A stretch of DNA of 63,276 nt, the filler included, from Globobulimina sp. (taxonomy: Eukaryota): the NCBI GenBank assembly GCA_003354225.1. It is 52 parts of 52 records of this genome, joined end to end, with 100 filler letters (N's around TTAATTAATTAA, not from the genome) between each part and the next. Parts side by side here need not be neighbours in the genome. Positions count along the whole stretch, not along the records: positions 60,941 to 62,058 come from PIVH01023048.1; positions 62,159 to 63,276 come from PIVH01023049.1; 50 more parts are not named here. The stretch is one strand, 5' to 3'. Each line of letters begins with the position of its first letter. The stretch's first letter is position 1. Shown here one piece after another: positions 61,493 to 63,276 of this stretch. Under the pieces are notes generated by a model that saw nothing but the letters and a program-made list of their open reading frames with translations, ran no database searches and had not been told where the DNA came from. The translations under genes were made by a program, and so were the position numbers.

Positions 61493-62158
61493 ATTCTAAC
61501 AAATTTCATATAATTTCTTCGTAAATCACATTAATGTCAATTCACGTGCATTGTTCACGTCATGTGGATCGCGACTCTTTTTTAATATCGGTTTTACATA
61601 ACCCAATTTATGCAGCACAGGAAAGTATTCTTTGCGGAAACATAAATTGAAATAATCCTTCAAAAATGAAAATTTTACCTGCTAGCGAACCTAGCTAACT
61701 CGAGCGAAGCGAGCTGAATTTGAGTAACGAAGTCGCGAGGGAACCAATAGGAAACAATAGGGGCAAAGGAAACAATACAATTTTACTCATAATCTCCTCT
61801 AACATCAGAGATAGCATTTTTTGATTATGATTGACGTAAGGGAACAATTGTTCCCTATTTTTTGTAATTTCATCCCCTAATTTCTGAAACGCAGCATCTT
61901 CCTTTGCCTCTTTCTCTTTACGTGAATTCATTTGTAATCAGAATATTTCTTACGTCTTATAGAAAAAAAATACGTCAATTTAATATTTTTTTTTTTTGAT
62001 ATTTTGTTTTTTGGAACAACCTATGAGTCCATTATTCAGTTTGTTATATATTGATCCGNNNNNNNNNNNNNNNNNNNNNNNNNNNNNNNNNNNNNNNNNN
62101 NNTTAATTAATTAANNNNNNNNNNNNNNNNNNNNNNNNNNNNNNNNNNNNNNNNNNNN

Positions 62159-62439
62159 CCGGGGCTTATTATCCAATGTATAAGTACTGAACTATTACAA
62201 TATGGACACTTTGCACCGTGAACATGATGAATATTACAATTCTGTTGTGCAGTTCGTTTATTTTTACCAAATCTGCATCCACATTGAAATAAAAACCCAC
62301 AAAATGGATAATAAAAATAATATCCAAATATACAAAGAATAATACAAGTCAACAATACATCGAGTATTTTAACAAACGGATATTGAATATTAAAACATTC
62401 CTTCCAACAGTTGACCTCTGAACTCCTGGTCCATCTCAT
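62159..62439 (-). CDS. Cys-rich membrane protein (partial)
   Basis: TM followed by CGFLFQCGC...CNIH...CPYC. Confidence 0.55.
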
Positions 62440-62487
62440 AATGAATAAAAAACTTTAACTGAACCCAGTAATACTAAAACACACACC

Positions 62488-62898
62488 ATGGCTTGGAATG
62501 ATGACGAAGACGTGATGGCATCCAAAGATTGGGAGAGTGAATTGTTTGGCTGCGCGGATGAAATATCAACATTCTGTTATGCATGTTGGTGCCCATGTTT
62601 TGCTGCAGGAGAAATTTATACAAATGCAGACTTTGGGCATTGTATGGTCGGATGCTTATTATGGTGTTGCCTCAGAGGAATGTGTCATTCATGCATTGTT
62701 ACCTCGAAAATCAGGGCAAGTAAAGGTATTCGTGGTTCATTTGGAGGCGATTGTTTAGCGGTATATTGTTGCTCGCCATGCCAAGTTTAGTTGTATATGT
62801 TATTGACACATTGACATTGATGATTACTATCAAACCAATCAAAGTTGACTCGCGAATTAAGAGAAGTTCGAGAAATAAGAGATGACAGAGGCTATTAA
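62488..62898 (+). CDS. PLAC8-family protein, one intron
   Basis: DWESELFGC, CYACWCPC, IRASKGIRGS..GDCL...CCSPCQ/LTREL; intron 62785-62844. Confidence 0.92.
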
Positions 62899-63276
62899 CT
62901 CAAACATTTTATGTATATGTTGCTTGTTTTGGATCACTAATTTAGATTTTACAATTTTCATTGTTTTATCCTTGCACAAATTGTATACAATGAATTCATT
63001 CAACAATGCCAACTAAATCAAGATCTTGATCGTCTAAAACAATTTGAAGCGAGTCCCATTGTGTTTTGTCTTTGTTGCGAGGTTTGCAGTTTATCACAAC
63101 ATCGGTTTGTTGTTGCAACTGTTTTGATGATATTAATATATCATTGGTCTTTCTATCATATTCAAACCGATTATGATATCATCGTGAAATCATTAAAATG
63201 ATATCATTGATGATTTATGGCAATATTGGCAATTTACAGCAATGATTTTTTCAGTGATTTTCTCAAAATTTGTAAA

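Noticed and set aside
1-63276. An operon or defence system combining RT, recombinase and neighbouring genes
   Set aside because: The genes are on separate contigs ordered only by length

Overview
This window is not one genomic locus. It is 52 unrelated contigs of 1118-1120 bp, sorted by length and joined by an artificial 100-nt linker (44 N + TTAATTAATTAA + 44 N), so adjacency across linkers means nothing. Most contigs come from an AT-rich eukaryote with the standard genetic code and short GT-AG introns (mostly 55-85 nt). The gene mix suggests a flagellate-stage protist, possibly a foraminiferan or other rhizarian (inference only). Recognisable genes include a bacterial-type cytochrome b561, DCC oxidoreductase, Glu/Leu dehydrogenase, P450, TauD dioxygenase, CKS1, PDK1-like kinase, RCC1, a PLS-type PPR protein, CFAP57, phosphoglycerate mutase, histones H2A and H4, a CE4 deacetylase, PDI, a C-type lectin and PLAC8. 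There are also retroelement fragments (DIRS/Ngaro-like, L1/Tx1, other non-LTR, Gag). Most notable: (i) two contigs close on themselves (1000 and 999 bp units with 119-nt terminal repeats), and one becomes a stop-free, endless reading frame if a small intron is spliced; (ii) a shared palindromic repeat whose loop is flipped between its two copies; (iii) a 32-bp palindromic minisatellite; (iv) two eukaryote-bacterium junctions that are probably amplification chimeras; (v) an H4 with a rewritten K20 region; (vi) two genes each missing one base. All family calls come from motif recognition by eye, with no database search.
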